Shown: positions 12,607 through 26,571, counted from the first letter of the stretch. The stretch: 64,000 bases of DNA from Octopus vulgaris (GCA_951406725.2 OX597815.1:176018001-176082000); one strand, 5' to 3'. Notes: generated by a model from the sequence alone, not told the origin. Numbers and translations: made by a program.

Positions 12607-14045
12607 ATACGTACATATCTGAACTTTTGTGCTTGTACTTTCGAGCATGTGTTTAGGATTAAAGTAGTTCTCTAAGTGTTTCAGCAATATATAAAATGTA
12701 TCCATAGCAACAGTTATGCTCATCAAAATCCTTCCCTCCCCCCTCTGCTGCATATCATATATTACTCCAATTTATATTGATGATTGGTCTTTTAGAGTTT
12801 TATTTCTTCTTCTTCTTCTTGACTTTTAAGTGAAAAGTATGCAATAATACGAGGTGAGGAAATAAAATCACGAAAAAAAATGTTTTACATAAAAGTTTCC
12901 CTCGAAAGAGAAATGGAAAATGTGAGTTGAGGTACCTGCCGACCACTCAACAAGAATATAGTCAGCATAATAGTGATTTTAAACGCGAATTGGATATAAA
13001 AATAATTCATTTTGGCTTTTAATGGTTTTCCTCGTCGATTCTAAGGACACCAAGCAAGAGAGCAATTGTGTAGTAAAATTGGAAGAAACAACTGAGAACA
13101 AAAGTGTTATTTATATGAGTAATTAAGGTGTAAGTTATGTTGATTGGGCAGCCATTAGTTGATTGCACTGGCTTGGTGACTCCCTTGATGGTTCCATGAA
13201 TCTAGTGAAGCAAAATGAAACTGTCTTTCGTGACCAAAACGGTGTTAAAAGCAAATATACTCGCTCGATTATTTGATGGATGTTGTGAATATATATTTTC
13301 TTTATTCACTTCTATCACTGATGAATCCCAATTCAATTATGTATTCTTTGTTTCGTTCACAACGCCTAATGGATAGTCACGTGAGTTAATCTATCACAAG
13401 AGTTTAAAACATACACAGGAAATCAATATAATAAAAAAAAACTGTGTAAATAAATATTGTCCGAGACAAATCTCCCTGAAGCTATTATTGGATTTTAAAA
13501 ATTCGTGTAAGAAACTCGCGCCTACTTAATCTTCCGAAATAACAAATGTATTTCTTACTGGACGTAAGAAGGTGGCATGTGAAGGACGCGACATACCACC
13601 ATTGTCAGCATGGTTTGTGTTGTACAATGTTATATATCAAAGCAATATAGTTTCGCATTCGACGGATACAGAAACGTTGGCATATAGAACTAATCATTCT
13701 TCTGGATAATAAATGGTATCCACTGTAATTCTTAACATTACTCCAAGCTTGGTAAAAGAAATGGTTATCTCCTTCGAGTAAATGCAAAGAAACAACCGTT
13801 TTTAAAAAAAGATCGTAGCAGTAATCAAACAGTGAAATATATACCGCATGGAAAATCACCTTACACACACCATGACAACGAAAGAATCGGGAGTCAGTCA
13901 CCGCAAGTTGCGAAACTATCAAGAAAAATTCCAGTGGACTTTCGAACTGAATCGAGATCTATACAATTTCCACCGAATGAGTAGGGGAGATCCATCGGCA
14001 GGATACATGAAGATACTTAAACACACACAGACATATATACACACA

Positions 14046-14469
14046 CAGTAATCCCTCGATTATCGCGGGTGATACGTTCCAAAACCCCACGGCGATAGGT
14101 GAAAATCCGCAAAGTAGAAACAGTACTGTATATTTTCCGTTGTTTTTATAATTTGCATAAATTTATTATAGAAATGCAAACCGACACCACACACTCGCCT
14201 CCCGAATTCCGTTTTCCGCTCAGTATCTGCGATTCTTTGTTTACTCATCTATGGTACATCACGTATTGTCTTTTGATATATTTTAATTAATGTGTTATAT
14301 AGTGCAGTACTGTATTTTTATTTATTAATTTTTAGGCGTCAAAATGCTTATTTTACAACAGAAATAATTAAAGTTTAGAAAATATAAATGCCCATCGGCC
14401 GCAGAAAACTGCGTTGTACTGAGGGCACTGTAGGTGAACCGTGAACCACGATATGGCGAGTGGTTACTG
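14046..14469. mobile_element. Tigger/pogo-like non-autonomous DNA transposon (MITE)
   Basis: TIRs CAGTAATCCCTCGATTATCGCGG and the reverse complement CAGTAACCACTCGCCATATCGTGG. The TA target duplication is not preserved. Confidence 0.75.
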
Positions 14470-15212
14470 TGGCTCGAGAAACACGGGGCCGACCTGCCCG
14501 AGATGCGGTCAGAGCGACGAAACCGTTCTGCACGCACTCGTGTAGTGTCCAACTATTTCCGACCTGTGGGCTTATGTCGAACGACTGCCGTCACGTGTGG
14601 GACGAGTCGGTTTATCAGCCGAGTCTATCGTCAATGTCGTCACGCCTCCTTCCTTCAAACGGGAAGGAAGAGCTATTTTCATCATACTTGTGGCTATGGC
14701 GAAAGAATGTGTATGGTGGACACGTCTGAAAGGATTAGCGACAAACACTTTCCTCTCTGGTCAATCTCTCATCAATTTCTTCAAGTATCACTTGAAAAGG
14801 AAAGTGAGAGTAGAGAGGCAAGTTTTATCTAGCGAATGTTTCAAAAAAAGATGGGTGAATGTAGCAAGGATGGCACGTATGAATGACGAAGCCACCTTGA
14901 GTATATTCCTATGAACCCGGAAAAAATTAAAACAGAGTTACTTACTTGCAAATAAATGTGTTAGCATGTGACATTAATAACCGAGGTTACCGTGGTCTTT
15001 TCCGTAGGCTTTTCTTTCCACGGATAAACCTTATCTGTTTTACACTTTACATCATGACATTTCTGTGATACATGATCCGTATTGATCGTTTTTTTCCTTT
15101 TTATTATTCCTTTTTACGATCCCTTTTGATCGAAAACCTACCCCACTTTTTTTCTCCCCAAAAAGAAAAGCTCTACTTTGTAATTTCTCCCGTCTGTGTG
15201 GCTAATAAAGAA

Positions 15213-15214
<2 letters not shown>
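14470..15214 (+). mobile_element. Tx1/L1-clade LINE 3' fragment (zinc knuckle plus 3' UTR)
   Basis: Encodes CPRCGQSDETVLHALV*C (CCHC) and FFKYHLKRKVRVER..FKKRW, homologous to 29280-29640. Ends tgtgtggctaataaagaaa into (TG)n. Confidence 0.85.
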
Positions 15215-15262
<48 letters not shown>

Positions 15263-15544
15263 ATATACTTTGTTCTAATAACTTCATGAATATTTTGAAT
15301 TACGTGATGGTTGCAATGCAAGTTGTTAAGATAGCCACCTTATATTTTTACATGTACATTTTTACATGAAACATACTTGCAAGATTAAAATCAATGTGTG
15401 GATCCAGTCTTTCTACAGCTATGCAAACTTGATTTGTATTTTATTTTATGAATCTCTGTAGCATAATCTCAGTGCAATTTTAAATAACCGACTCATTAAA
15501 CGTTCAAATGTCGAATATATAGATATTTCCTAATTACAGTAATA

Positions 15545-15738
15545 CTGGTTTCAAATTCTAGCAAGTTCGTGGCAGGGTGTAATGAGACCAGTACTCAACT
15601 GGTACTTATCTTATCAACCCTGGAAGGATGAAAGGCAAAGTCGACCTCGGCGGAATTTGAACTCAGAACGTGAAGACGGACGAAATGCTGCTAAGCCCTT
15701 TGCCCAGCGTGCTAACGATTCTACCAGCTCACTGCCTT
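15545..15738 (-). mobile_element. tRNA-derived SINE family A
   Basis: Reverse-strand A/B-box-like head (gagttcaaattcc) and body gtcgactttgcctttcatcctt. Confidence 0.85.
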
Positions 15739-15767
15739 AGTATTTGCTAATATTACTCTGATTGAGT

Positions 15768-15968
15768 AGGCGATCTATTGGCAGAATCATTAGCCCACCG
15801 GACAAAATGCTTAGCGGCATTTCGTCCGCCCTTATCTTTTGAGTTCAAATTCCGCCGAGGTCAACTTCACCTTTTATCCTTTTGGAGAAGATAAAATAAA
15901 TTTCAGTTGAGCACTGAGGTTGATGTAATCGACTCATCCCCTCCCCGAACTTGCTGGCCTTGTGCCAA
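15768..15968 (+). mobile_element. SINE family A, head-to-head with the previous copy
   Basis: tggcagaatcattagc ... gagttcaaattccgccgaggtc. Confidence 0.85.
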
Positions 15969-16529
15969 TATTAATAAATATTTAATATTGTATGAAGTGA
16001 TGTCTCGATGGAATATATTTACCCAACAGGTATTTGTTGAGTATTTCATTAGACTAGTTTATGGAAATTCCTTACTTCTGTTTGCTGATATATACGACAT
16101 TCTGTTATTTAAGACTAAGTTTATGTTAGTAAAAAGCAAAAAAAAAAAAAAAAAAAAATAAATGAGAGAATCTGATTCATGAGGCTGTCACTAAGTTTAA
16201 TGCAGTTCTTCATTTATTATTTGCTTTCAATTGATAATGTAGTTGTTAAATCTGATTTTTGGTCGGACAAATTCATAAATCGCCTTGCCGTCGTTCGTTA
16301 TGTACAGCACTTCATTTTGACATGATTATTGTACGTTTGATAATTTCTCGAACTTCATAGAATAAATTAAATTTCTCTAAGCCATCTGTGATGATTTATG
16401 GATCTGTGATGATTTATGCCTACATTCAAGATGCAAATATTAAAACATACTGCTTCCACGTGACTAAAGTATGAATGTTTGTCATTAAAATTAATAATTA
16501 GTTTTGAAATTAACATTCAGACGATGAAA

Positions 16530-17112
16530 AGGCGGCGAGCTGGCAGAAACCTTAGCACGCCGGGCGAAATGCGTAGCCGTATTTCGTCTGCCGTTACGTT
16601 TTGAGTTCAAATTCAGCTGAGGTCGACTTTGCCTTTCATCCTTTCGGGGTCAATAAATTAAGGACCAGTTACGCACTGAGGTCGATATAATCGACTTAAT
16701 CCGTTTGTCTGTCTTTGTTTGTCCCTTCTCTGCTTAGTCCCTTGTGGGTAGTAAAGAAATATGTATTTCATCTGCCGCTACGTTCTGAGTTCAAATTCCG
16801 CCGAGGTCGACTTTGCCTTTCATCCTTTCGGGGTCGATAAATTAAGTATCAGTTACGCACTGGGGTCGATGTAATCGACTTAATCCGTTTGTCAGTCTTT
16901 GTTTGTCCCCTCTGTGTTTAGCCCCTTGTGGGTAGTAAAGAAATAGGTATATCGTCTGTTTTTACGTTCTGAGTACAAATTCTGCCGAGGTCGACTTTGC
17001 CTTTCATCCTTTCGAGGTCGACAAATTAGGTATCAGTTGCGTACTGGGATCGATCTAATCGACTGGCCCCATTTCCCAAAATGTCGGGCACTGTGCCTAG
17101 AGTAGAAAGAAT
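16530..17112 (+). mobile_element. SINE family A triple nested array
   Basis: Units 16530-16760, 16761-16944 and 16945-17112. Junctions read taaagaaat-a(g/t)gtat. A diverged TSD-like pair acattcagacgatgaa / atattaagacaatgaa flanks the array. Confidence 0.9.
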
Positions 17113-17697
17113 ATTAAGACAATGAATAATAGTTGGAACTAGTGCTGGATATTCTAGAAACTACGTTAATTTAACACTAAATATTATACAATTAAAGAGT
17201 TTTTTTTCTGATAAGAATTGGTCCCCAACTTTAAACTTGTTTCTAAGGAACATATTTTACTGCACTTTGAATGTTAATACGTGTTTTACACGAAACAACT
17301 TATTCGCAATTATATACATCATCCAGAATGACGTAAATATTTAAATATATTTTCATACTTGCGACAATTGTGTTAAATTGTGCTGTAATCTCGGGCACGT
17401 ACACGCCATGGAAATCGAATAACTGGCCCTATGAGTCCTAAAACACAATAATATCCAGCGGCTGATGATGGTGATGATGACAATGATGATGATGATGTAT
17501 TTTCATATATTAAAATTGGAATCAAATTCTTCATACACAATATATGATGGGTTGTCATAAGCTAGACATACTAAGAAAATTATATCTTGTGACAGGTTAG
17601 GTAGTGTAAAACTGGAGAAGCACAGACATAAATACACATGTAAGTATATCAATAGATACATACATACGTACATACATACGTACGTACATACATAACC

Positions 17698-18097
17698 TCT
17701 ATGCAGCAGATAAGCTAATGGGAAAGACCCAAGAGATTGAGACTCTATTCCCTAGAGCGTAGGAGGGAAAGATATGCCATAATATACATCTAGATATGAC
17801 AAGATATTGCAACAGCCTGGGCTTTAAAGACCCGTAGCTCTTCAATATCCTCCTGAAGGACCTGGGTGACATACACGGGGTGGATGTAGGTGTCTTCAAA
17901 ACGAAACTAGACCTCTTACTGTCAGATGAGCCAGTTTCACAACAGGAAGTGCAGATGAGGACAGCGCCATCAAACTCCCTCATATAACAAACGTCAATTT
18001 CTAAAGAGAATAAGTGAAGTAAAATTATGTAGCAATACCAAATGGCGGTGCCCCAGCATGACCGCAGCTCATGAGCTGAAACTAGATCAAATCAAAT
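17698..18097 (+). mobile_element. CR1-clade LINE 3' fragment
   Basis: Encodes RLRLYSLERRRERYAIIYI and FKTKLDLLLS. 3' end ggcggtgccccagcatgaccgcagctcatgagctgaaac plus (ATCAA)n. Confidence 0.85.
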
Positions 18098-18105
18098 CAT
18101 ATATA

Positions 18106-18155
<50 letters not shown>

Positions 18156-18223
18156 GTGTGTGTGTATATATATATATATATACATTTATGCATTTATATA
18201 TAAACATATATGTATGCACACAC

Positions 18224-18261
<38 letters not shown>

Positions 18262-18287
18262 ACGCATATATATTCACATATATATTT

Positions 18288-18338
<51 letters not shown>

Positions 18339-18340
18339 TA
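18098..18340. repeat. (TA)n/(CA)n microsatellite
   Basis: Direct reading. Confidence 0.95.
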
Positions 18341-20333
18341 TTCTTGTAATTATGAAAAGCTGAAAGTCTTGTTTTTATATCATCAAAGAAAAGTAATTTT
18401 CAGTTTTTCTTATAAAAACGAGTCATTTTATTCATGACATCTACACACACACACACAATCCGATGAAATAGAAATGGAGAAATAACTTCATTTTAATCTC
18501 TGTTCTGTCTTTGAGACACAATACACATCTTTTTTTTTTGTTTTCTTTTAAAATCGCATTTTTGTTTACATTTCGTAATGAATTGCTTTCTGTACAATAT
18601 ATATATACATCGGTGCTTCTTTTTTTTCCATAGTTCTACAAAAGTACTTACCTTGTCAGCTTTCCAGCTAATAACTTGAAAATGGTTTTCTTTAGTCAAA
18701 ACTCAGTCATGCATTTTGCTGCAAAACAAGTGCAAGTATTACCATGGGGGTATATTTCGATGCTCATTTTGTCATCCACCCAATAACACAGAAGTTCGAT
18801 GATAGATCTCCTCGGAAAACCTTTGTTGGTAATGGCAATTTCTTGCATCAAACTCATTCAGTACACTTCTGCAGGTATCTATCTGTACGGCGTAAGCCAT
18901 TGCTTCTCCCGAGAACTTGCTGCTATTCAGCCGGCACCCTACTAGCCTCTATTTTACTTCTTTTTCAAAATTTTCATTAAAAAAAGTTATAGAAATCAGA
19001 AAATATAAAACTAAATAAATTTGAAATTAAAAGGATAGCTTATTATTATTATTATTACGCAGTTCAACCATATATATTGTATATTATTATTGTAAAAATT
19101 CCTTGCCTGCATTGTGAGAGCTGCAATGATATTGTGTTATTGCATTTGACAGTAGGTTTTCAAGCGAGAGTAATATATCTATAAAAGCAAAACGTGTATG
19201 GTTGTTACAAATAATATGAGTAATTTCGGAATGATAAATTTATGCAGGTATGTGCTTGTGTTTGCTTACACCTGCCTGTGTGCGTATGTGTGTGTGCATG
19301 AGTGTGTGTATGTGTGTGTGTGTACGCATCAGTAACGTTCAAACGTTGTCTTCAATGTTATTGCACACTTTTTATCACGGTGCAATTTTTCAGCTACTTC
19401 TGAGACATTTTCTACGCATGTTATACTGAATATCTGTGTTTCTGCTGTTTTCTTAAGCAGCGTTTATTTATCAGACATAGACCTGTTGATACCTTATGTT
19501 CCCCTCAAATTTCTGGAGTCTTGACTGTTATGTAATAAACTTTGATGTTTTTAGATCACATTCCTTACAATTTTTATATTTGATCTTTCAATTAATATCG
19601 CTATCCAATGGTATTTAATTAGGACACTGAATATACTTGAAATACATAAAAACTAAACCATTTCTACAACTTTGTCTTAGAACATTTATTCTAATTTCTA
19701 GCCTTACAAAACTGTCTCGGTTACACAGCACTGGGAAAAATAAGAATAACAGAAAATAACTATCTTTTGGACGCTTTCGTCACTCATGCATATAAGATTT
19801 TGTCTCATTTCACTAATTCTTATGGTATCAATTCACTTTTCTTCATTAATTTAAGCTGAATTGAGCATAGTAGTGCAAAGAGCAATGTTTAACCATCCGA
19901 TTTAATTAAAAGTAAATTTCCAATTCTAATTGGAGATAACTAACAAATTAAGTTAAATCGATTTTATTAAGATATATAATTAGAAAAGTTAATTCATTAC
20001 TGTTTTCCTGATGATTCAATTCTAAATTAGCACCAAAATGAATTAACCAATACTGCCAAATGATGCATGTGTGTATAAACCGAAATATGTCAGCGAGCAG
20101 GATTGTAAGCAGCTAGAAAGTACTACAGCAAACAATGTCAGCAGTGAATTCTAAATGATTTCGATCCCTACTTTCTCAATTTGCGTAAGAAAACGAAATT
20201 TCACAGGGTGTTGCGTGCACTTTTAATTTTTATACATTTCAGTGTCAGTTATCTGTGGCTTGGGACATTACATACAAGCGTTTACTTGGTTATTTCGTCT
20301 TCAATATTTGTTTCAATTTGGTATTTAGCTAAT

Positions 20334-20565
20334 AAGGCGGCGAGCTGGCAGAAACGTTAGCACGCCGAGCGAAATGCTTAGCGGTATTGCGTCTGCTGCT
20401 ACGTTCTGAGTTCAAATTCTGCCGAGGACGACTTTGCCTTTCATCCTTTCGGGGTCGATTAAATAAGTACCAGTTACGCACTGGGGTCGATATAATCGAC
20501 TTAATCGTGTGTCTGTCCTTGTTTGTCCTCTCTGTGTTTAGCACCTTGTGGGTAGTAAAGAAATA
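20334..20565 (+). mobile_element. Full-length SINE family A with Tx1-like tail and 14-bp TSD
   Basis: TSD GGTATTTAGCTAAT at 20320-20333 and 20566-20579. Confidence 0.93.
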
Positions 20566-20664
20566 GGTATTTAGCTAATCAAAAGCTGCTTGTCGAATCT
20601 CGGGGCATAAAGTTTCTTGACATACATAGATCGTTATATACATAAAGAAAACCATGGCACAGGT

Positions 20665-20704
<40 letters not shown>

Positions 20705-21191
20705 ATGTGTATTACACGAAAAGAGGAAAACCAGAATTGGTAATATTCAAGGCGGCAGAGTGAAATCTATTGATGACCACGGCTGAGATAGAAAGAAATC
20801 ACATGTTGTCTGTGAAATTAAATATAAATACTCTCTGAAGTTCATTCATAATATGGTGCAAAACGCATCTTACTTATTATTAGTAACAAGACATGGGGCC
20901 AGCACCAAGATGGAATATAAAAAAAACAAAAAATCAATGCAAATAAAATACAATTCTTTTTAAATTGAAAGAAACCCTACTCGTGGTCACGATACCGTTA
21001 TCCATGTTCTAGTAGTTTTATCCCTTTAACAATAGAAGAAAATAAAATAGAAAAGCACGGGCTGGATTAGAACAGTTTTATAGAAATCTATTGTACTTCT
21101 AATTGGTTTCTGTTAATTAAGTGAGAGAACAAAAGTATACATATAATTTCATGTCATCGTCGATTTTCAGAGAGAAGTTTACAAACAGTAA

Positions 21192-21324
21192 TGTGTGTGT
21201 GTGTGTGTGTGTGTGTGTACACGTGTGTGTGTATGTGCGTGTGACGTATCTATATAAATATATGTGTACATAGATATATATAGTTTGTGTATATGTATAT
21301 GTAATTATGTTTATATATGTGTGT

Positions 21325-21378
<54 letters not shown>

Positions 21379-21433
21379 GCGTATATATATATGTGTGTAT
21401 GTATATATATATACATATATATATATACATATT

Positions 21434-21465
<32 letters not shown>

Positions 21466-21672
21466 CATATGTATATATATATACATATGTATATATATAT
21501 ATACATATATATATACATATGTATATATATATATATACATATATATATATACATATGTATATATATATATACATATATATATACATATGTATATATATAT
21601 ATATACATATATATATATACATATGTATATATATATATATATACATATGTATATATATATATATATATATAC

Positions 21673-21725
<53 letters not shown>

Positions 21726-21830
21726 CACACACTCATACACACACACACATACATAAAATTAGATAATAGATAGATAGGTGGATATGTGTGTATGTATATA
21801 TATATACATATATATATATATATACATATG

Positions 21831-21876
<46 letters not shown>

Positions 21877-21930
21877 CACACACTCATACACACATACAGA
21901 AAATTAGATAATAGATAGATAGGTGGATAG
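21192..21930. repeat. Long (TG)n/(TA)n/(TACATATG) microsatellite with a terminal ~145-bp tandem duplication
   Basis: aaaattagataatagatagataggtggata occurs twice (near 21755 and 21900). Confidence 0.9.
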
Positions 21931-22768
21931 AGATAGAAATGTACACACACAGAGTTTTGCTTTTATATAATAGTCCGGGTATTTCAATTTGACGAGATCT
22001 GCTGCAAGCAAATGATTTGATGGTAAGTAATTATGATCATTAACCTAACATAGTTTGTTTCGTGATTCTTTAATTTCAAACTATTTTCTCATTAACTTAT
22101 ATTTAATATTTACTTTTTCCATGTGTAGGTAGTATCAATAAGTAAATGGGATTTTATGTTGGGGAAATGTTTCATGAATTTCAATTAGACTAATTAAATG
22201 GAGTACCTAATGAACATTTATAACTATTATGCCTTTAATTTTCCTTCGCATTGTCTGGGGATCTTACAATGGCAATACTTTAAACGCACGCCATATCACT
22301 AACTGTGCATTAATTATATCTATGTCTACCAATCCGATACACCATAAATTCGAACATATGTATAGACATATGAGCACACACGCACAGGCACACAAATACG
22401 CGCTTACAAATAGATATACACTTGTATACATTAGCATAGATTCGAAAAGCACGGAATAATAGCTCTATAAACACGAATACTAACATCTTCACACTTTTTA
22501 ATGCTATCCGAGAAATCCAACATTTTTAATGACACATTAGGGTACATTCCGTCAATGATCAGGTATATGTAATGCAGGTACCATGATAGATGTATCCCCT
22601 TTTGTGGTTTTCAAATTTCCTTCAAAATAGAAGTTAATAAAATTACTGGAGGAGAAATATAATCGAAACAAATTTTGATGTGTAAATAAGAATTTTGACT
22701 AGTTTTGAAATCCGATGCATTGATAAGAGTTACCAACACAGCAGGGAAACTATCAGCCGCAGTGGTTA

Positions 22769-22822
<54 letters not shown>

Positions 22823-23239
22823 AAGCAGTCACATTTGAAAGTTACACGACGAACCAGAAGTAGGACAAAATATAATTAGATTATCTTTTCTATGAGTTCT
22901 TGTTGAATTAATCTCGTTAACAAGTTTCATTGAAAACCAATGAAGCAAACAGCACATAATATAAACAAAACAAAGTAAACAAATGAAAAAAAAAAGCAAG
23001 AAGGAAATGAAAGCTGAACGTATAGTTAATGGTATATAAGTTGTTTAACACAGAGTGTATTACAAAAATGCATTTCATATAATTCTAATTAATTATCTAT
23101 TCAACTGCAAATGAAAACGTTACAAAGCTGTACATCATGAATGCAAATTTATGGAGAAGTTAGTGTCGCGTCCACTTGGTCGTCAGTTTTAACTCGACAA
23201 ATCGCCTGTGCAATCGGCAACCGAAAAATTTGAGACTGA

Positions 23240-23279
<40 letters not shown>

Positions 23280-23483
23280 GTGTGTGAGCGTCCCTTTTTT
23301 AGACGTAATCTGCCTGAAAAGAGCAACTGGCAAATGGTCTTGTCTCAGCTTGAAACCCTGCTCTTTTCAGAGGGATTACATAGTCTGACCGTTACCTGGC
23401 ACTCCGTTGAACCGCCACTGGGAAACCGGTTGGCAAGATCCGCCGTAATCGATATAACAGTACAATTCGATTAACAAACACCT

Positions 23484-24308
23484 ATGTATGTTCCTGGACT
23501 CGTTATGTTTAATAAAAAAAAAATAATAACTCATTTACCTAAGTTTTAACACCATCTCGAAAAAGTCACCTTGCGCAGCGATACACCGGTTCCAGCTTTC
23601 CTGCCACTTTCGAAATTCGGCCTGGATCTCGACGACGGAGTTAAAACGGTGACCTTTGAGATGCATTTTCATCTTGGGAGAGAAATAGCAGTCCGCCGGT
23701 GCTAACTCTGGCGAATGGGGCAGATGTGGAAGCGTTACTATGTTGTTTATGGCGAGAAACACGAGCTCGGAGAGCGCGGTAGAGAATCAGATCTTCGCGC
23801 TCCAGAGACCCGGTTGCTTTCGCTGAATGCCCTCCCTCAACCGCTTCAAAACGTCACAGTAGGAGTCTCGATTGACGGTCTAGATCTGGAGGACGAATTC
23901 TCAAAGCAAAATGCCTCATTTTCGAAGGGTGCGGCAAGTCTTCCAGATCGCTCATCATGTTTCAGGGACGTTCTTCCGTTTTTTAAGCGTCCATGTCACC
24001 CGTAACATTGTGTACGACCCATTGTCTCGTCAATGTAAGCCTGTCGAAGCATGTTCTATGTCTCTGTAGCAGACTTCCCAAGTTTAAGGCAAAATTTCAC
24101 AGTGGCTCTTTGTTCCTGTCCATGATAAAATCGCAGACTACAGTATACATGTGATCACAAAAACGCAAAATGCGAAGTAAACACAGCGACGTCACTCGGC
24201 ACATTGCATCACGAAGGTCACTGCTAGTTCTCATTGCGCACGCAACTGCGTGCTGCCATCTGTTAACACGCTACAGAACTCTTCCAGGAATTTTTTGATA
24301 CCGCTTAT
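23484..24308 (-). mobile_element. Internally deleted mariner transposon relic
   Basis: Minus strand: EQRATVKFCLKLGKSATET..FKNGRTS-like HTH region, TVNRDSYCDVLKRLREGI, and PHLPHSPELAPAD (YSPDLAP motif). Partial TIRs (ttcctgga). Confidence 0.85.
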
Positions 24309-24422
24309 ATATTCATACACGCACAATGTATGACTTCGTAAGTGTCTACAATGATAGAATGCCTATCATGTCCAAAAGAGAACAAGAGATGTGGGTTTGT
24401 GTCCTACATTTTATTTACCCGC

Positions 24423-24472
<50 letters not shown>

Positions 24473-24634
24473 ATGTGTGTGTGTGTGTGTGTGTGTAATG
24501 TAAATAAGTAACAAGGATACATAGGTATCAATACCTTACGGCTGTTTCAAGCGGCTCCATTTAATCAATCAATGAAAACATTACCTCAGTTTGAAAGAAA
24601 CCGATCTCCTAAGATACCTAAGACAACTGAATCT

Positions 24635-24669
<35 letters not shown>

Positions 24670-24932
24670 TCCATCGAAAAATGTAAAATTATAATAGAAG
24701 AAGAAATGTAATAGAGGCCCTAATTATGAATCCCGATAATACAACTAATGAAAATTGACTCAAGAACGCATTCGGCAAATGAAATACGCTAGAGTCTAGA
24801 TTATCTAACTGAACTCAATGAAAAGATGTTTATTATTTGATTGGAATAATTAAAGCTTTATAACTGGAGGTTCACCGTGTCAATATCCCCAGAAATATGG
24901 TCGGTTATGTAATAATGTAGTTATCAAGTGTG

Positions 24933-25250
24933 AAGGCGAGTGGCTAAGTGGTTTAGGCATTCGGCTCACGATCGTAAGGTCGTGAGTTCAATTCCCGGCG
25001 ACGTATCTTGAGCAAGATACTTTATTTCACGTTGCTCCAATCCACTCAGTTGGAAAAAATGAGTCGAACCTGTATTTCAAAGAACTAGTCTTGTCACACT
25101 CTGTGTCACTCTGAATCTCCCTGAGAACTATGTTAAGGGTACGCGTGTCTGTAGCGTGCTCAGCCAACTTGCACGTTAATTTCACGAGCAGACTGTTCCG
25201 TTGATCGTATCAGCTGGGACCCTCGTCGTCGTTAACGATGGAGTGCTCCG
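24933..25250 (+). mobile_element. tRNA-derived SINE family C (CORE-like)
   Basis: Head tggctaagtggt ... gagttcaattccc, then cttgagcaag and gctccaatccactcag. Homologous to 42135-42430. Confidence 0.8.
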
Positions 25251-26279
25251 TTAAAAAGGGTAACATTGTGCTTTGCGCAGTCAGCTATGATGATATTGGA
25301 AAGGAAGTGTTCTATACGTGAAAGATACTACTTTGTATGCTATGTCGAGATGCAAAACTGCGAAATAACATAAACGAATAAACATTTTTTCTCCCTGACC
25401 AGAGCGACATACTACTTGAAGCCAAAAAATTGATGTCAAATAAATAACTCAAGGTTTTAAAAGTTGCATAAGTTACTGGCACATTGCTTGATTTGTAAAT
25501 GCTCTCTAATATTTTTTAAAGGTGCCTTCTATTTTTTTAACTATATACATACTTTTTAAGAATATGCATTCCAAAAAACATGATATACATATTTTCATTT
25601 ATTTACTTTTAACTGTTTCAAGATGCAAAATGGGAGTAAGTGTTTTAAAAAAAGCGAAATTTAAAGCAACATAATTCAGAGCCAAAAAATATAAAATGGA
25701 TGAAGTAAGAGATCGGATACAAAATTAAACTACCAGCTTTCTGATGGAAGTTAAAATCATTTGCGCGTGTCTGCATAAGTATTTTGCGTTATGCACTTCA
25801 ACACGCTTAACTTATTAGAAACAGATCCGTGCGATGGATTATTGCCATTTCTTATTAAACATTTATTTTCATGATTAAAAAATATCATGTATGACTGTGG
25901 AAATTGCAGATACGTTTATTTCTTGCCAAGTTTAGCATTTGAACACTTAATATAATTTAAATTCAAGAAATTATATCCTGAATTTTTCAAAAATTATTAT
26001 TTATCCTATATCATTTTTTTAGCAATATAACATGCAAATTATTATATTTAATAAAGGATATGATAAACAAACCAATAAATGCATAAAACATATATAGGAT
26101 GCAATTATAAAACGGAAAATGAAATCACATATGAAATAAAATTTTGACAATATTCAATTCCGTTTTAGAAACTCCGAAGCAGAATTAATATAAATTTCCC
26201 AAACATGCCAATAAACCACAGAGTGTAGGAGATGACATTTATTTAAATTTACATATACCTGTGTGTGTATGTGTGTGTG

Positions 26280-26370
26280 AATAACTATGTATAATATATA
26301 TATGTGCGTATATATATATACAGACATACATGTTTCTGTCTGTCTGACTGCCTCTCTCACACACACTCTT

Positions 26371-26408
<38 letters not shown>

Positions 26409-26571
26409 CATATATATATGTATATACATATATATATACATATACACATATATACATATACATATATACATATACATATGTACATATGCATATGCATATG
26501 TACATATGCATATGCATATGTATATGTACATATGCATATGTATATATACATATATGTATATATACATATAT

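Noticed and set aside
16530-16620. tRNA genes (A/B boxes here, at 24933 and elsewhere)
   Set aside because: These are SINE heads continuing into SINE bodies; no complete cloverleaf.
16530-17112. CRISPR-like repeat array
   Set aside because: Eukaryotic SINE units of about 180-230 bp; no unique spacers or cas genes.
18640-18960. Possible minus-strand host exon ending in a strong donor AAG|GTAAGT near 18651
   Set aside because: Stops in all three frames upstream and no clear acceptor. A UTR or lncRNA exon cannot be supported without RNA data.
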